In this document: piece after piece, positions 61,385-64,000 of the stretch | Layout of the letters: each line of letters begins with the position of its first letter | Numbering within the stretch: position 1 is the stretch's first letter | Origin: Leptogorgia sarmentosa | Taxonomy: Eukaryota | DNA length: 64,000 bases | Reading direction: 5' to 3' | Assembly (NCBI GenBank): GCA_964658305.1 | Contig: OZ210884.1 | Coordinates: 8,122,001-8,186,000 of the forward strand | Translations under genes and position numbers: made by a program | The notes under the pieces: model-generated | The model's database searches: none | Seen by the model: only the letters and a program-made list of their open reading frames with translations | What the model was told of the DNA's origin: nothing

Positions 61385-64000
61385 ATGATGTGGCGTTTGA
61401 CGAGGATGTGTTTGGGCGCTAATCCAATTTTCTTTCGCTCCGAACAATGCATTGCAGCGAAGAATCTGAGTACGAAGCCGTTTCGAGAAATGCCAGGACC
61501 CAGTACGTTGACAAATATATTCAAATCCATGAGAGGCATGGATTATTTCCATCACGACATTGTTGAAGCATTTGAGTTATACGGTCCTGTTTATTTATAC
61601 CGTCTGCCTGGATTTAAAATGGTGTTTGCCTGCGATCCAAAAGACATCGAACATGTATTCAGAAATGAAGGTAATCCAGCCATGCGCGGGGTGGATAGCT
61701 TGTTCTCCAAGTACTTTGTCTCAAAAGGGTTGAAAGAAGGAATATCAGGCAATGATGACTACAGTTGGTATGTACATCGCTCGACCACCGCGCCTAACAT
61801 GCTGTTACCACGTCAAAATAAGGGTTATATTCCAGGTATGAAATTATTCACTTTTATTATAAAACTTTGGGGCCTTGGGCTTCATATATCGTCATGTCGT
61901 ATTGGAACAGTACCTGTTTATGGTAGCTATGAAATGTGTGCATGCACATGAAATATAATATGGTATGCATGTACCTGGTACAAACCATGCGACTTTAGTC
62001 CGTCAAATATGGTTTGGATGGATGGATGGATCAGTATTCAAAGTATTCAAATTAGCCCTTGTGTTTGCCACGAAACGCAATTATATACAAAATGTCGAAG
62101 AACCATGTACCGAAGAGCCTAATGTTATAATGAACTAAGTTCTATGTTTGAGCTCATTGACATTACTTACCTTGGACACTCGAAAAGTGGCGCGTCTTAA
62201 TTAGGCTTTAGGTTAGCTATACATGCAGTAGCTAAACTTCAAAAGCATTTGGGGTAAGATTTCACATGCGCTTCACAGTGTATATACGGATTAACTTTAG
62301 AAATTTTACGTACTTGTTTTGATATGGTTGCATGAGTGCTTTATCTCATGTGCAAATGAGTTTCCTGAAGGTAGATCTTATCCAACAGCACTAAGGCCCA
62401 GTTCAAGGTCGAACTTTTCATGTGCCGAACCTAATGTTAATGAGCAAAGTTCTTTGTTTGAGCTCATTGGCATTAGGTTCGGCACATGAAAAGTTCGACG
62501 TCTGAACTGGGCCTAAATGACACGATTAATAATGAGGTAGTGAGATTATCCTTCCTGCTCTTGTTCGTTATCCTGAAGTGCTACCTACGCTGGCCACGTG
62601 TGCTGTTGTTTAATATTTACCAGATTTCAGTTCAAATATCAAGTCTGGCTGCGACTAAACGCACTAATGACTACGAAATGACCTCGTCCTGCTTTTTTTC
62701 GATGTTTGTCCAATTTAACATGACACTTCTATTGACATACTAAAACAATTTACAAACTTTAATATGTGGTAAGTGTAGATTGCGGATAACAACATCAGCA
62801 AAACTTCTATAGTGTCGTGTAGGTTGTCATGCAGTAGCACGATTGGCACCTTACTCCTTAGAACAAAAGATAGTTCTAGCATGGCAATTGATTGAAAGAA
62901 TGTTCAGTTTGATGCAACCGGCCCCAGGACAATTGCTTAATAATTACGAGTCACCAACAAAATACTCGTCGTAGGTTTTTAAATTTCCAGGAAGCAATGA
63001 CTTTCAACAATATTATTTTATTATTTGATAATAATAATATTTGGTTCAATGGTTTACCGCAAATGGAGAAGTAAACAAATATCAAGTCCGTCGGCGAGCG
63101 TACAGTGCATGCGACTAAACGCAGTAATGACTGCGAAATGACATCGTCCTTATTTTTCTTTATATTTTTGGAAATATTTAGCAGAGTAGCTATATAAATA
63201 AATGATCTAAAATATTGTCTTCAACCGTTCAACGACGTATGAGAAACATTCGACCTTCCGGAAAACTTACCACATATAGATGAAGTAACATAAAATCATA
63301 TTGTAAAACAACCTATACAAGCAACGATATTCAGTGCACAATACACATATTCAGGCAACGTCGGTGCGATTAAATGATGAAATGCAGCTAATTTGAATTT
63401 CCAAGGCATTAGTTTTTTCTGACACACCTAGCTGTAGTGATATTTTATTCACAATATATTTTATATATATCGCAATATATTTTATTCACCTCATGCAGTA
63501 TCTTATACCATGATAATTTTGATGATTTTGCTCTCGTTTTACAGGTCTTACTCAAGTAGCTGATGACAGTATCGCTTTATTTAAAGAAGGTCGAAATACA
63601 GATCTTCTACCATCACTTCAGCTGTGGGCTGCAGAAAGCGTGTTCTACGTGATGTTCGGTCATCGCGCTGGTACAAATATCTCAACTCCTGATAAAAAAT
63701 CTTTAGAAGTCGCCAAAGCTGTTTTCGATGCCTTCGAATGTGAAACCAAGTTGGTAATCGGATTTCCTTTTCACAGATACATCAAAACGCCAGTACTGAG
63801 AAAATTTTTCCGCTCCCTCGATGTATTATCGAACTTCACGTTTAATTTTATGGAGAAGATTAAAAACAGTCCAAGTTCTTTGACCGACGGACACGAATGT
63901 TTGTTTGAAAAGTTCAAGAGAGAGAAAAAGTTAACCGATGATGAAATTAATCAACTAGCTATTACATTGCTTGCTGGTGGAGTGGATACTACGTCAACAA
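61385..64000 (+). CDS. Cytochrome P450, mitochondrial clan-like (3' end beyond window)
   Basis: Exon 61385-61835: Arg-rich, acid-poor N-terminus MMWRLTRMCLG, KPFREMPGP, YGPVY, DPKDIEHVFRNEG..MR, WYVHR (WxxxR). Exon 63545 to window end: WAAESVFYVMFGHR and I-helix LLAGGVDTTST. Confidence 0.9.
62395..62513. mobile_element. PIF/Harbinger (Tourist-like) MITE
   Basis: taa|ggcccagttca..tcgaacttttcatgtgccgaacctaatg ... cattaggttcggcacatgaaaagttcga..tgaactgggcc|taa. Confidence 0.8.

Overview
AT-rich, intron-dense animal genomic DNA. The repeat landscape and gene content suggest a cnidarian/anthozoan, but that is inference. All exon chains were reconstructed by hand from splice sites and reading-frame continuity. 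Left to right: (1) a 19-exon type-I membrane protein with signal peptide, Calx-beta, 10 Ca-binding EGF (six recently tandem-duplicated), SEA, a truncated EGF, TM and a Tyr-rich tail (7167-16671, +); (2) ARV1 with a U12-type intron (18162-20987, +); (3) a PPP1R15 (GADD34/CReP-family) gene (22312-23985, -) with a uORF-rich leader exon and a CARE/CRE/ARE promoter cluster; (4) Ku70/XRCC6 with 22 coding exons (26501-36187, +); (5) a secreted PAN-EGF-fibrinogen-domain protein (38147-42710, +); (6) the 5' part of an ORP5/ORP8 (OSBPL8) gene (45386-59510, +); (7) a mitochondrial-clan cytochrome P450 (61385 to window end, +) that starts before OSBPL8 is complete. Mobile DNA includes a nearly intact DD37E Tc1-like transposon, an Academ-like element with 9-bp TSD and a Zn-finger ORF, many hAT/Harbinger/Tc1 MITEs (several nested), and a dispersed short fold-back family carrying a minimal hammerhead ribozyme.
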